Shown here piece after piece: positions 1 through 11,797 of a stretch of 64,000 nucleotides of DNA. Under the pieces are notes generated by a model. That model was not told the DNA's origin and did no database searches. It saw only the letters and a program-made list of their open reading frames with translations. The position numbers and the translations under genes were made by a program. The stretch comes from Macrostomum lignano. Lineage: Eukaryota. The stretch covers positions 1-64,000 of the forward strand of contig NIVC01002813.1 in NCBI GenBank assembly GCA_002269645.1. The letters run 5' to 3'. Numbering within the stretch: position 1 is the stretch's first letter; the number at the start of each line of letters is the position of its first letter.

Positions 1-1027
1 AATACTTTTTTAACGGGTGGTTGATATTGGGAAATGTTCAATATAAGATCAAAACGAAACGATGAGATTCAAAACAAAATACTTCTAATGTTCAAAGACT
101 TCATTAGTAGATAACTGCCTGTAGAAGACTGCCGAACATAGCCATAGAAAACAGGTTCCGGTGCCAGAACTCTAGCTACCATTACCCACACTACATGTAA
201 GGCAAGCTTTGTATGCATGTAATGTAACTGGTTTAAAACTGCCACTAGAAGTAACTTCAAACTTTATGATAATATAATATATATGATAATATAGCAAACG
301 ACAAGGATAAATTTAGGCTCCATTTCATTAATCGATGAGAAGCAAAGCCTAAAGGTAAAGATAACTGCAAAAGCCCGGCCGTTAATATTTAAAATGCAAG
401 AAAAATTCCAAATTAAACTTACAAACGGTAACAAAAGTCATGTCAACAATTTAAACAAATTCGAAACTGAAAAACTTTTACATAAAGATAAAAACATTGC
501 AGTTGTAATCGTACTTTCTGTAAGTTTTTTAATTTACTAGAAAAATTAAAAAATAGTCGGGCAAATACGATTGGGATCGCCTAGTATAAGGTGGCCAGTG
601 CCAATAAAGTAAAGTTCGATTTAGAAATCCACTAACCACTCCATGGACTTTTTTCCATTTTGTGTATATGTAGCATTGGTAAAAACATTCACGCAAGTCG
701 TAGAGATTCAGTTGACATCAAATAGATACATGTATATCAACTTAATTCATCCTTTGTACTTGAATTTGGTCTAAAGTTACAGCTAAAGAAAGAAATCTCT
801 GTGACTGATTTCTTCAAAGTCAAAAAGTGACTACATGCAGTAATTATTGGATCTAATTAACGGATGTAGCGAGACAAGTACTTTTGACTGCATTATTCGA
901 CTTGATAACAAATAATAGTGAACATATTTATTATTCGAACATGCATCTACGTAATTCAAACAGAATTTATCAATTTATCTATCAAATAATATTACAGTAC
1001 ACATAGGAATGCACCTAACAGTTTAAA

Positions 1028-1771
1028 TCAAACAGGCAAAATACAGAAGACAAACATAACAAGCCTTACAATAACTGATGCCGTGAAAATTGCCGGCAAC
1101 GAAGTGCGCAAGTAACCGCAAGCAAAGCCATCTAGCGCATTAACAATATAATCGCATCGCGAGTAATACAAATAGATGAAAACACAACCCTTGCCGCAGA
1201 CCCACGCAAGCAGCGTCAGATAAAACAAAAGGAACATCTGGGCCAGGCGTCGCTGATCAGCGCTGCTCAGACTACTGCTTAGCAACACACTTCCGGCCCC
1301 AGCAACAGAGCCGCGTTCAACAATGGACTGCACAATTGGGTCCAGCAGAAATTCTTGCCTTCTCGACAGATTGTGAGTCAGCCAGGCTGGGAAGCTGGGC
1401 AGCCTGCACAGCAGACTGGGCCTGTCCAGCCAGCCGGAGAACTCCAAGGCGCCCAGCAGGCCGAACAGACCGGCTGTCTGCACCAGGTGCCACTGCATGG
1501 AGCCCAGGTAGAAGCTGCACTGACCGCTAATGGCTGTAGCCAGCAGCAGCTCAGCTAGTGACACCAGCCAGCTGACGTGCACCAATATTAAATGAGAAGT
1601 TCGTCTCAGGGTGCGCAGAATGATGCAAACAATTGACAACAGGCCGGTTTCTACGATCGAGCTGAAATTTCCTGCCATGCTTGAGGCTTGAGTATCGTCT
1701 TCCGATGGAAGCCGCGTGTTGGAATAGGATCTTACGTAGGCGTAGGCGATTCCCGTTATAGTTTCTGCCAT
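1028..1771 (-). CDS. Putative multi-pass membrane protein (247 aa ORF), possibly a divergent GPCR-like fragment
   Basis: ATG-initiated non-repetitive ORF with several hydrophobic stretches (GLLSIVCIIL; LILVHVSWLVSLAELLLA; MFLLFYLTLLAWVCG; AIFTASVIV). A possible donor ATT|GTAAGG at 1070/1069 could splice it onward, but I found no matching downstream exon. Confidence 0.4.
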   Translation of the reverse strand: MAETITGIAYAYVRSYSNTRLPSEDDTQASSMAGNFSSIVETGLLSIVCIILRTLRRTSHLILVHVSWLVSLAELLLATAISGQCSFYLGSMQWHLVQTAGLFGLLGALEFSGWLDRPSLLCRLPSFPAWLTHNLSRRQEFLLDPIVQSIVERGSVAGAGSVLLSSSLSSADQRRLAQMFLLFYLTLLAWVCGKGCVFIYLYYSRCDYIVNALDGFACGYLRTSLPAIFTASVIVRLVMFVFCILPV

Positions 1772-1899
1772 AGATATTCAAAAATACCCGTATACACTCA
1801 GCATCATTGAAGTGTGATCCACCCCTGCGGAAGGGTCCATGGCCCAACTGGACTAGATGTGCAACTGACAGCTCAGCCGCAGCTATTGCGCGGCGCATC

Positions 1900-2123
1900 T
1901 GAAGGCTGCGTACGGCTGTTCAGTCCAAGGACTGGGGGTTGTCATGCCCACCCTCAATTAGCCCAGCTAATGCTGGCACCCATTTTTACAGCCGGGTGAA
2001 CTGAAGCAATGCAGAGTTAAGAATCTTGCTCAATGATACAAATTGTTCCGATTGTGGGTCGAGAATCGAACTCCCGAACTTTCTGTCCAGAGTCCGACGC
2101 TCTGACTAAAAGGCTACAACCCC
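1900..2123 (-). mobile_element. tRNA-headed CORE-type SINE (degenerate)
   Basis: Minus strand reads GGGGTTGTAGCCTTTTAGTCAGAGCGTCGGACTCTGGACAG...GGAGTTCGATTCTCGACCCAC (tRNA-like head with B box, 2123-2054). This is followed by TGTATCATTGAGCAAGATTCTTAACTCTGCATTGCTTCAGTTCACCCGGCTGTAAAAATGGGTGCC (2040-1976), which closely resembles the CORE-SINE domain. The 3' end is approximate and no TSD was found. Confidence 0.7.
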
Positions 2124-2570
2124 TTGACATAAGTGTATAAGCATGTTAGATTTTCCACTTCGAAACCAGTGGTCATCAAGTGGCAGCTTTAAGCCAACTC
2201 TGGCCACAACTCTCCAAGCGGCCGCTCGGACGCACTTCAGCGGCCTCAGTATCAGTATTTATTCTCACCTGTCTTGATTTGCACACAGTTTTAGACCACT
2301 CTGATTCAGATGTAATGGTGACCTGTTGGCTGGTTGTCCCCGAATCCGGACCTTTTCTTACACTTACAAGTACCCGTTATAGCAATTCTTTTATACAGAA
2401 TTGCATGTTTCTGTTTAAATAAAGACATCTTATTGGCTGGTGACGTAACAATTAAAAAAATACGCTTAAGAACTTTGAATTGGCTGTTACAATCTAAGAG
2501 ACGAGCATCGGTACTGTTAATTTCCTTCATATTTTTCGGTCTGTTAAAGCAAGTTGCTGGACAAAAACAG

Positions 2571-2697
2571 CAACAACAACAACAACAACAACAACTGAAA
2601 CAACTACGAGCGTAAAACAACGTCGAGACAGCAACAACAGTAATAAAAAAACAAGTAAAACAACAACAACAAAAACACCACCACCAACAACAAAAAC
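2571..2697. repeat. (CAA)n microsatellite, degenerate to the right
   Basis: caacaacaac... run followed by interrupted caa/cac units. Confidence 0.8.
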
Positions 2698-3342
2698 AGA
2701 ATCAGTGTATGAAATAAGATCGATTCTACGAGTATACTCCAACTGTTACAGTCAAATGCATTGAAGTTTTTGCAAAACTTTCTGCCATAATTTAGTCATG
2801 AAAAGCAGGCCAAATGCACGAATGGCTTTCCCAGTATTAAACGTAAATTTTGCAGTTTATCGACTAATTTCGACGCAAAGCGTAGAAGTTGGGATACATT
2901 TAGCGTCTTGACATTAGTTTCGTGCCTCGGCGGGCGAGTCTAATCTGCAGTAAAACCTCTCGGTCTTTCTTTGGCTTGGGCGAGTGACTCACATCACACA
3001 CCAGCTAGGGGAAAAGAGTCAGAGAGAAAGAAAAGGAGAGAGAGAGGGGGGTGGCCCGGCCCCGCGCAACCTCCTCAAGGATATCGATCGCACAGCCAAT
3101 TTATTCCCCCAACTTACTGCATTGAAGGCCCGCCTCTGCCACCAGCGCGACCACCCCAGCCCTCTGCGCATTGCTGCAGTATAGCCGCTGTTCGAGTCTC
3201 TAGAAATCCACAGAAACACCGGCTGCCTTCCGCTCCTGTAGTCTGAGTGTAGCTGTGCTCTTAGTCCCTAGCAGTTCTCGGAGCAAAACTTTCTAGCGAA
3301 GAAACGTAACTTGTGACATTTCCGCCAACTCAAGGAGAACCC

Positions 3343-3594
3343 ATGGCTTCATCAGCCCCGTCTCCATCGTCCTCGGTGGCCTTCTTTGCCATCTACGATC
3401 CTCGCCGATATCCGGCATTCGACAATGCCGCCTTTACAGACGACCGCTTCGACAGCGGGCACCGACGCGCCGCCACAGTGAAGCTGCAGTCGGCGAACTC
3501 GAAGCCGCACCGACGGCTTCATCTGCCAGTCTCAACCGATGCCCGAGCGGCCCGCAGTTCGGCAGCACTGGCGGCAACATCAAAGCAAAATGCA
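3343..3594 (+). CDS. PolyQ/PDZ-motif protein, coding exon 1 (84 codons)
   Basis: ATG in CCATGG context at 3343, MASSAPSPSSSVAFFAIYDPRRYP..., phase-0 donor GCA|GTAAGG at 3595. It joins in frame to the exon at 4050. Confidence 0.55.
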
Positions 3595-4049
3595 GTAAGG
3601 AGGCTGATGCACGAACAGCTCAATTTGAAGGACTCTACACTCGTAAATCGTGTAAATTTATCTGGAGGCTGGTGTTGGAAGTTTTCAACATTTTCGCCTT
3701 CTCGCCATTCGAAAGTTTACTAATTGCCAGCTTCCTAACTTGACAATGCAGTTTTTTGCAGCGAAACCCGTCTCTAGTGATTTCTGCACGGGTTGCGAGT
3801 GTAGCATGGACCAAACCAATGAACTACAGGACAAAGTTCAAGGAATCAAAAGCCTTAGTAAAGTTCACCAAAGCAGAAAGTCCTATCAAAAGATCCAACT
3901 AAGCATCCAACACCATTAGGGCCAAACCAATTCATCCAGACATCCTCATGGACTAAATCCAGACAGAAACTTAGAGCATAGAAGAGACAAAGCCAGTACA
4001 AGATACCACAGCTATAAGTAAGCAATGCAGCATCCTTACCCAACCAAAG

Positions 4050-4583
4050 GTGCCGACGGCAGCAGCACCAGCAGCAGCGGTCGCAGACGGTTTGGATGAT
4101 AACTCGGTGCTGGACGAAGTTCCGAACCAGCCCGCAGCCAGCAGCAGCAGCAGCTCGGGCCATGGCAATCGGACAACAGCGGCATCAGCTGCCAGCGCCG
4201 TCAGCCAGCGCCGGCCAACGCTGCTGAAGCTGGCCGAAGCTGTCACCGACGCTGCCGACCTGTCCGAGCTGCTGTCCCGAGGGATTCAACGCCAGCGGGA
4301 GGAGCCGCCGGTGCCCCCAGCGGACAGTCGGCAGCAGTTCACTCGAGCTGTCAGCGTGGGCGGCTCAGGGCGGCACACGGCGGGCTGGTGGCGAGGCACC
4401 ATCAATGAGCACCTGAGCAGCCGGGCAGGGCATCACTACTTTAATGGCGAGCGCGACCCGGCAGCCGTTGCCAGGGCAACCATTCGCGGCAGTTTGACAT
4501 CGTACCGGCGCGGAACCCGGCCCGAGGTGATCGGCCACTTTGAGCAGCAGCAACAGCATCAGCAGCAGCAGCAGCAACAGCAT

Positions 4584-4664
<81 letters not shown>

Positions 4665-4706
4665 TTCAAACGGCTAGATCGAGTCCGTCAAAGTACAAGG
4701 CTGTAG
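4050..4706 (+). CDS. PolyQ/PDZ-motif protein, coding exon 2 (spliced product ~302 aa, ends QSTRL*)
   Basis: Acceptor AAAG|GTG at 4049/4050, phase 0. GC-rich open frame with a pure (CAG)26 run at 4584-4661. The C-terminus T-R-L fits a class I PDZ-binding motif. Confidence 0.65.
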
Positions 4707-5842
4707 CTCTGTTAACTCCTGAAAATCCTTTCTTACGGATTAACAAATAACAATTAACAAATTCGCTTTTTTTCGGTGCTAAGCTGCCTCGGACGTTGAA
4801 CTTTTGTAATCGGAACATTTAATGAACAGGTGATTTGCGAAATAGTTGCCTGCTTTCAACAGTACCATCATGTAAAATAGTTTTCTCAAATATACATTAT
4901 TTTTTTCTGCCATTTTACAAGACGCTGGTTCCTCAGATTTTTTTTGTCTTTTGCAGTTTTCGATTAAATAATTCCATTAAAATGCTTGTGTTTCTACTTA
5001 TAGTACAAAAAACGCTTCAAATGCTAATGAAAAGTAAAGATGAATTGTTTTTCTCCGCAATTGCAGCATTGTGCTGCTGTGCTCTATAAATGGCCATGAC
5101 GCTATCGCGAAGAGCAATGCAAACAATGCAATAAGTTTTATACTCACATGCACTTATTCTCGAAAATGGAGTAGTTTGCATTTTTATTTTTATCACATGC
5201 AACTAGCTTACCATGTCCATTAGTGAATTCAATAAAGTACTCGATATTAACAAAATAGTGAATTGACGAACTTACATGATTACAGTATAGTTAATCTTCA
5301 ACCCAGTAAGTGCTAATATTATCACATCGATTGTACTGTCCGACAACCGATTTATTGCCCGCAGAACTTGAAGTGAGGTAAAAATGAAATAAACAGAAAA
5401 CATCAGTGCAGGAGATCATAGCGGACAGTTGCACAGCACAATGAACAGGGAAAGGAGTTTAATAAATATTTTGTGGACTTTTAAAGCAGTCTTCACAAAC
5501 ATAAGCGCATAAGAGACATTATTTAACACGCAAAAAAGATTAGTTGATGAACCAGAGAAAGACGTAATGGAGATAATATGCTTGCAACAAGGCAACTAAT
5601 TAAAAGTACATTGTTCGCATGTCTCACATTCCCGAGCGCAAGCAACCGGGACAAGAATTCCAAATCAAAGTCAATATTAGTCTTCTGGAACCTGTGATAC
5701 ATGAAGCAGTTCAGAAGTTCATTCAGTTCTTTTGCAAAAGCAGAAAATTGCACAAATTGGCCACCAGATATTCAGCCATTTAGTGGCTTCTAAAATCTCA
5801 TGAAAGATTGATTGGAAAATGTCTGTGGAGAAGTGCTTTCTG

Positions 5843-6268
5843 TCAGCAACTGGGAGTGTCTATTGTCAGCAGCTGCGAGTGCCTATTGTCAGCAGCTGGG
5901 AGTGCCTATTGTCAGCAGCTGGGAGTGTCTCTTGTCAGCAGCTGGGAGTGGCTATTGTCAGCAGGTGGGAGTGCCTATTGTCAGCAGCTGGGAGTGCCTA
6001 TTGTCAGCAGCTGGGAGTGCCTATTGTCAGCAGCTGGGAGTGCCTATTGTCAGAAGCTGGGAGTGCCTATTGTCAGCAGCTGGGAGTGTCTCTTGTCAGC
6101 AGGTGGGAGTGGCTATTATCAGCAGCTGCGAGTGGCTATTGTCAGCAGCTGGGAGTGCCTATTGTCAGCAGCTGGGAGTGTCTATTGTCAGCAGCTGGGA
6201 GTGGCTATTGTCAGCAGCTGGGAGTGGCTATTGTCAGCAGCTGGGAGTGGCTATTGTCAGCAGCTGAG
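5843..6268. repeat. 23-bp minisatellite, ~18 copies
   Basis: Unit GCCTATTGTCAGCAGCTGGGAGT with point variants. It explains the three overlapping repetitive ORFs at 5808-6311. Confidence 0.95.
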
Positions 6269-6330
6269 AGTGTCTATTTTTGACAGAATTTTTAGTCCAG
6301 TTGTCCTCTGATCAGTTTCCATGGCAACCG

Positions 6331-7469
6331 TTATGGCTGCTGCTGCTGCTGCTGATTTTGCTGCTTGTTGGGCTTCAAAGTCGCGTCCTCGGCTTCCAGC
6401 TCTTCATTGATGGTCTCAACGAAGCCCAGGCCACTGGCAGCGGCGGATGCCCGCCCGGAGGCCGACGACGCCAGACCGTCGGTCGAGTCGACGTCGCCTC
6501 CCGGACTGTCGCCACCGAGCGGCTCCTCCAGGTCGCCCAGAGCTGCAGCCTCCGCTGTCATGGACTCCGTGGCCGCCGAAATTTGGGCAGCCGATGGCAG
6601 CAGTTCGGTAACCTCGGCGTCGTACGGATCCTCCGTGGAGTCGGGCGTCGCTACCGAGGACGAGGCTCCGCCAGTGACGGAGCCGGACTGGCGACCGCCG
6701 ATGGGCGAGTGGCGCGGGCTGCTGCTGGGGTGGCGCACGCGGGACATGCTGACGCTGCGGTGCAGGTCGTGGTAGGAAGCGGCCAGCCGGCTGAGCGCCT
6801 GCTGGGACGCCCGCACCTGCTTGCTGAGCTGCTGAAGCTCGCGGCCCTGCTCGGTCAGCAGGTGGACCATCTCCCTCACGCTCTGCGGGTCGGCGCCCTC
6901 AGCGGCAGCGGCATCCCCGTAGCCGTAGCCGCCGACGCTGATGCCGACGGTTGCCTCGCCGTAGCCGCCTCGACTTCCGCTGAGCAGCTCGGAGCTGCCG
7001 CCAGCGCCGCCGCCGCCGTGGCCGCCGCCGCTTCTTCCATTGACCCGGTGCCGACTTGCCGGCTGTCCGACGCTGTGAAACGAGTGCCGGCTGTCCTGGG
7101 ATCGGGAGAAAAATCCCCCAGCCGGGGGAGGAGCGGTCGTGCCCGGCCGGGCGTAGTAATCGGAGGACGCGGAGTCGCCGTTGGAGGCTGCGGCAGCTGC
7201 GGCGGCGGCTGCGGACGCTGCCACATCCGGCTCGTTGTAAATCGGCGAGCTGACGAACGAGTGGGCGCTTCCGGGTCGGGAGCCGCTGCGGGACCGCGAG
7301 ACCGGCAGCAGCGGCGGCGGCCTGCTGTAGCGGCTCTGCAGGAGTAGCAGGTCGGCCGTGTCGCCGTCCACGGAGCCATGGGCGGAGGCGCGACCCTGCG
7401 GCGGCGGTCGATACCGACTGCGGCTCCTGCCACCACCTTCGCAGTGGCGTTTTGGGTCTCGGGATGTAG
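6331..7469 (-). CDS. Ig-mucin type-I membrane protein, exon 3 (cytoplasmic tail to stop)
   Basis: Acceptor TCTCTTTACATATCCCGTCAG| at 7470, phase 1. It reads TSRDPKRHCEGG... into ORF 6331-7371, with a coiled-coil-like segment VREMVHLLTEQGRELQQLSKQVRASQQALSRL and a stop at 6331. Confidence 0.8.
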
Positions 7470-7496
7470 CTGACGGGATATGTAAAGAGACTAGCT

Positions 7497-8076
<580 letters not shown>

Positions 8077-8077
8077 C

Positions 8078-8194
8078 CCCCGTTAGAGCTGAAGCAGCGC
8101 CTCCAGCAGATGAGGGACACAGCCAGGGTGATGATCAGGAGGATGAGCAGCACCAAGCCGGCTATGAGCACGTGTCCGTTCTTTAGCGAAGCGA
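8078..8194 (-). CDS. Ig-mucin type-I membrane protein, exon 2 (transmembrane helix)
   Basis: Acceptor TTGAATTTCCAG| and donor G|GTGAGT; 117 nt, phase 1-1. Encodes ASLKNGHVLIAGLVLLILLIITLAVSLICWRRCFSSNG (TM plus basic/Cys stop-transfer). Confidence 0.85.
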
Positions 8195-8979
8195 CTGGAA
8201 ATTCAAGAAATTGACAACAAAAACAATTAAAATGCGTGGCATTGCTATTGAAGAAATCTATTTCTTAAACTACAGTTAGACGGGCCGAGCCTGAAGAGGA
8301 GAATCTCACTGATCTCAGTGTCGAACCAGTCAGTAACTGTGGCCGAAGTCGCTTGTCCGGTTGGTGTGTCCGAGATGACGGTATGGATCGGCGTGTTGCG
8401 ACCTGCTCAGGTTCGGGCAATAAACTATAGCTTTGAAAATGCACTCCACTTATCAAAAACAACTTATTATAATTTGGGCACAGCAGATCCAAACAGATTT
8501 TCGCCGAGATCTGAGATAAAATGCCGGCAAGCCGAAGCCGCCAAGCCATATCAGAGCAGCTTGTGCGCATGGCGACTTGGGGTTAAGGCAAGGCATGCTT
8601 AATTGTTAGGCGAGAATTGGAGAAGTGCCAAACTGACTGCGATTCGAGAGTGAGGGGACCGAAGACTGGACGAAGCTGCTCCCAGATCCTTAATGCGACG
8701 GTTCGTGACACCCAAAGCTGCAGTGCGGATTAAAGAGCTGAGCACTTGACACCTCTGAGTGGAAAGGAATGCTCAAGAGCCAAGTAAAAGGGCTAAGTCC
8801 GATTGCTGAAGTGGCAAAACCTTCTTCCACTGGGCTCTCTCTTCTCTGTTTCAGCAGCCTCTTGAAGTGATCCGTTCCTGTGTCACACTTTGCCTGATCC
8901 TCTCTGCTATGCTGCCTGCTTCTAGCCTGTCTCGGGCTGCTCTCCCCTCTCCCTTTATTTTCTCATTCTCCATCCGCTC

Positions 8980-9420
8980 TCTCTCCCCTCTCTCCCCTCT
9001 CTCCTCCTCCCCTCTCTCCTCCTCCCCTCTCTCCTCCTCCCCTCTCTCCTCCTCCCCTCTCTCCTTCTCCCCTCTCTCCTTCTCCCCTCTCTCCTTCTCA
9101 CCTCTCTCCTTCTCCCCTCTCTCCTTCTCCCCTCTCTCCTTCTCCCCTCTCTCCTTCTCCCCTCTCTCATTCTCCCCTCTCTCCTCCTCCCCTCTCTCCT
9201 TCTCCCCTCTCTCCTCCTCCCCTCTCTCCTTCTCCCCTCTCTCCTCCTCCCCTCTCTCTTTCTCCCCTCTCTCCTTCTCCCCTCTCTCCTTCTCCCCTCT
9301 CTCCTCCTCCCCTCTCTCCTTCTCCCCTCTCTCCTCCTCCCCTCTCTCTTTCTCCCCTCTCTCCTTCTCCCCTCTCTCCTCCTCCCCTCTCTCCTTCTCC
9401 CCTCTCTCCTTCTCCCCTCC
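8980..9420. repeat. 15-bp polypyrimidine minisatellite (CTCCTTCTCCCCTCT)n in intron 1 of the Ig-mucin gene
   Basis: Direct inspection; it translates as SPLSF/SPLSS repeats. Confidence 0.95.
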
Positions 9421-9511
9421 TTCCCTAGCTCCCCTTCTCCATTCCCTTTTCTACCCTCTTCAATTAAAATGCTTCAAAAAATTTCAAATTAAAAAAACAA
9501 TTTCCGCTCAC

Positions 9512-10337
9512 GAATATAGACGCCAACTGCAGGCACAGCGGTTGTCGTAGGCGCTGCTTTTGAACCAGTAGTACGGGCAGTAGTAGAAGCAGACTGTTTA
9601 GTTGATGACGCGGCCTCAGCACCTGGCTTGGCCTTGGTCGCAGGGCTTGTCTCAGGCTGCGCTGTCTTCACTGCTGCCGCTGTTGTCGTCGCGGCTGCCG
9701 ATGTCGACGACGGAACTACTGTAGTCGTAGTCGGCGTTTTTGTCGTTGTGGTTGTCGTAGTCGTTGTCGTGGACGTTGTCGTCGTTGATGTAGACGTCGA
9801 AGTGGTGGGCTCGGACACGCTGATGGCGTACTGCGAGCGCATCTGCTTGTACTGGCAGGCGAAGCTGCCGTCCAGCCGCCTGCTGGCATTCCGGAACCGG
9901 TACGTCAGCACAACTTCGGACAGGTGGGCAGCGCCGGACGCCGCCGGCCTCCGGTCGATGCTGCAGACGGCATCGGCCAGTTCGGGCACCCGCTGTCGGC
10001 AGGCCTCCAGGCTGCCGGCGCTGGCGCACAGTGGCTTGCTGCAGTCCTCGAAGCAGGCGATTGAGCTTCCGCCACCGCTGCCGCCGTCGGGCAGGCGAGT
10101 CAGCGGGCAGAAGAGGCGCACCGCCAGGCCGTTGATGACGCCGAAGGCTCGGCATTCGAACAGCAGGTCGTCGCCAACGAAAAACCGGCCGGTGCTGCCG
10201 CTGCCCGCTGGAAATCCGGCCTCGACACCCTCTCCGATGGCGGCAAATGCGGCAGCTCTGCGCGGCTCGGTGGCGATGAAGATTTGCAAACTGACGAGGA
10301 TGAAGTTGAGGAGTCTGGACAGCCTCATCTGCACCAT
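9512..10337 (-). CDS. Ig-mucin type-I membrane protein, coding exon 1 (signal peptide, Ig-like domain, Thr-rich stalk); full protein ~693 aa
   Basis: MVQMRLSRLLNFILVSLQIFIATEPRRAAA is signal-like. LLFEC...LDGSFACQY matches the Ig B- and F-strand Cys motifs, with 8 Cys in the domain, followed by a T/S/A-rich stalk. Donor ATTC|GTGAGC at 9511, phase 1. Exon lengths 826+117+1139 = 2082 nt keep the frame. Confidence 0.8.
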
Positions 10338-11120
10338 GGCCGCATGTTGGCTGCAACTGCCCGAGCTCGATTCCAAGACAAAACGAAATGCAAAGCGAGA
10401 GAAATGCGAAGTAGAATTTCAAGAGTGCTGGGGTGGGGGTCCGGTCTGCAGGCAATTTATTTAAAACACACAACTGCCTCACCCATTCACACACTGACCC
10501 CCTGGGCAGCTGTCTCAGTGCTCAGGCCTTGCCCTGCTCAGGACCAATAGGGGGCCAGTCTGGCAGGGCAGACGGGTCCAAAACCGAGCCCAGTGAGCAG
10601 CTGAATCTCGAACAAGTCCGAATTTGGACAGGAGAAGCTCGCACGGCTCTGCGGCAAATAATTCTGAGATAATGTACAGCTGAGTTGCAGCTGAGCCCGA
10701 ACTTGGGCCTACTCTGCTTTTTTATCTTCTGAACGGCAAAGGCGAGAGCGGGAGAGTCTCAGCTGAACTGTCGCCCTTCCTAAGAATATTTATTTCATTC
10801 TGTGCAAGGCACTGCTCTGCAGTCAGTCAGAGACCTGCAGCCGCCCCCACCGCCCCCAACTCCCCGCTTCATCTCAGCAGCAGCTCACAGAACTCACCAT
10901 GCAGTTTCTGCGGACCTCAACTGAGCTTCACCTGCACTGTGGCTAGGGGGGGGGGCTAAAGACCGGAAAAGCAATAATTGCACCTCTTCATTAGCTGCAA
11001 GGTTCGTCCAGTGAAAACTTATTCACACCTGTATTGCTTGGCAGCTCAAAGTCTTCTTTTACATCTTTTATTGTGACAATTTTGAGAGTTGTACCACTAA
11101 AGCAATAAATAGATAAGATA

Positions 11121-11797
11121 CAGGTGATTTTGAGTGACAACCTCATCATTAACCGGTTGACTCAGGTGATTTTATGGGTGACAACCTCATCACTAACCCG
11201 TTGACTCAGGTGATTTTATGGGTGACAACCTCATCACTAACCCGTTGACTCAGGTGATTTTATGAGTGACAACCTCATCATTAACCCGTTTGACTCAGGT
11301 GATTTTATGAGTGACAACCTCATCACTAACCCGTTGACTCAGGTGATTTTATGGGTGACAACCTCATCACTAACCCGTTGACTCAGGTGATTTTATGAGT
11401 GACAACCTCATCATTAACCCGTTGACTCAGGTGATTTTATGGGTGACAACCTCATCACTAACCCGTTGACTCAGGTGATTTTATGAGTGACAACCTCATC
11501 ATTAACCCGTTTGACTCAGGTGATTTTATGGGTGACAACCTCATCACTAACCCGTTGACTCAGGTGATTTTATGAGTGACAACCTCATCATTAACCCGTT
11601 GACTCAGGTGATTTTATGGGTGACAACCTCATCATTAACCCGTTTGACTCAGGTGATTTTATGGGTGACAACCTCATCACTAACCCGTTGACTCAGGTGA
11701 TTTTATGGGTGACAACCTCATCATTAACCCGTTGACTCAGGTGATTTTATGGGTGACAACCTCATCATTAACCGGTTGACTCAGGTGATTTTATGAA
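11121..11797. repeat. 44-bp minisatellite, 15 units plus a partial unit
   Basis: Unit CAGGTGATTTTATGGGTGACAACCTCATCACTAACCCGTTGACT (44/45 bp), upstream of the Ig-mucin gene. Confidence 0.95.

Noticed and set aside
2054-2123. tRNA-Gln(CTG) gene
   Set aside because: The anticodon stem cannot pair, the A box is degenerate, and a CORE domain follows, so it is a SINE head. The same applies to the heads at 32312 and 44747.
3855-4030. Aromatic/Cys-rich antisense ORF segment (YSCGILYWLCLFY...) nested in the polyQ gene intron
   Set aside because: I could not build a consistent exon chain or recognise a family; left uncalled.
6280-7347. Long antisense or alternative-frame ORFs over GC-rich exons (also 9628-10464, 15569-16282, 25214-25927, 29754-30470)
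   Set aside because: These are expected shadows of GC-rich coding sequence, with no independent start, splice or domain evidence.
11121-11797. CRISPR-like array (regular ~44-bp units with a hairpin); likewise the 30-, 32-, 40- and 44-bp arrays
   Set aside because: The units are head-to-tail with no unique spacers, there are no cas genes, and the context is a spliced eukaryotic genome.
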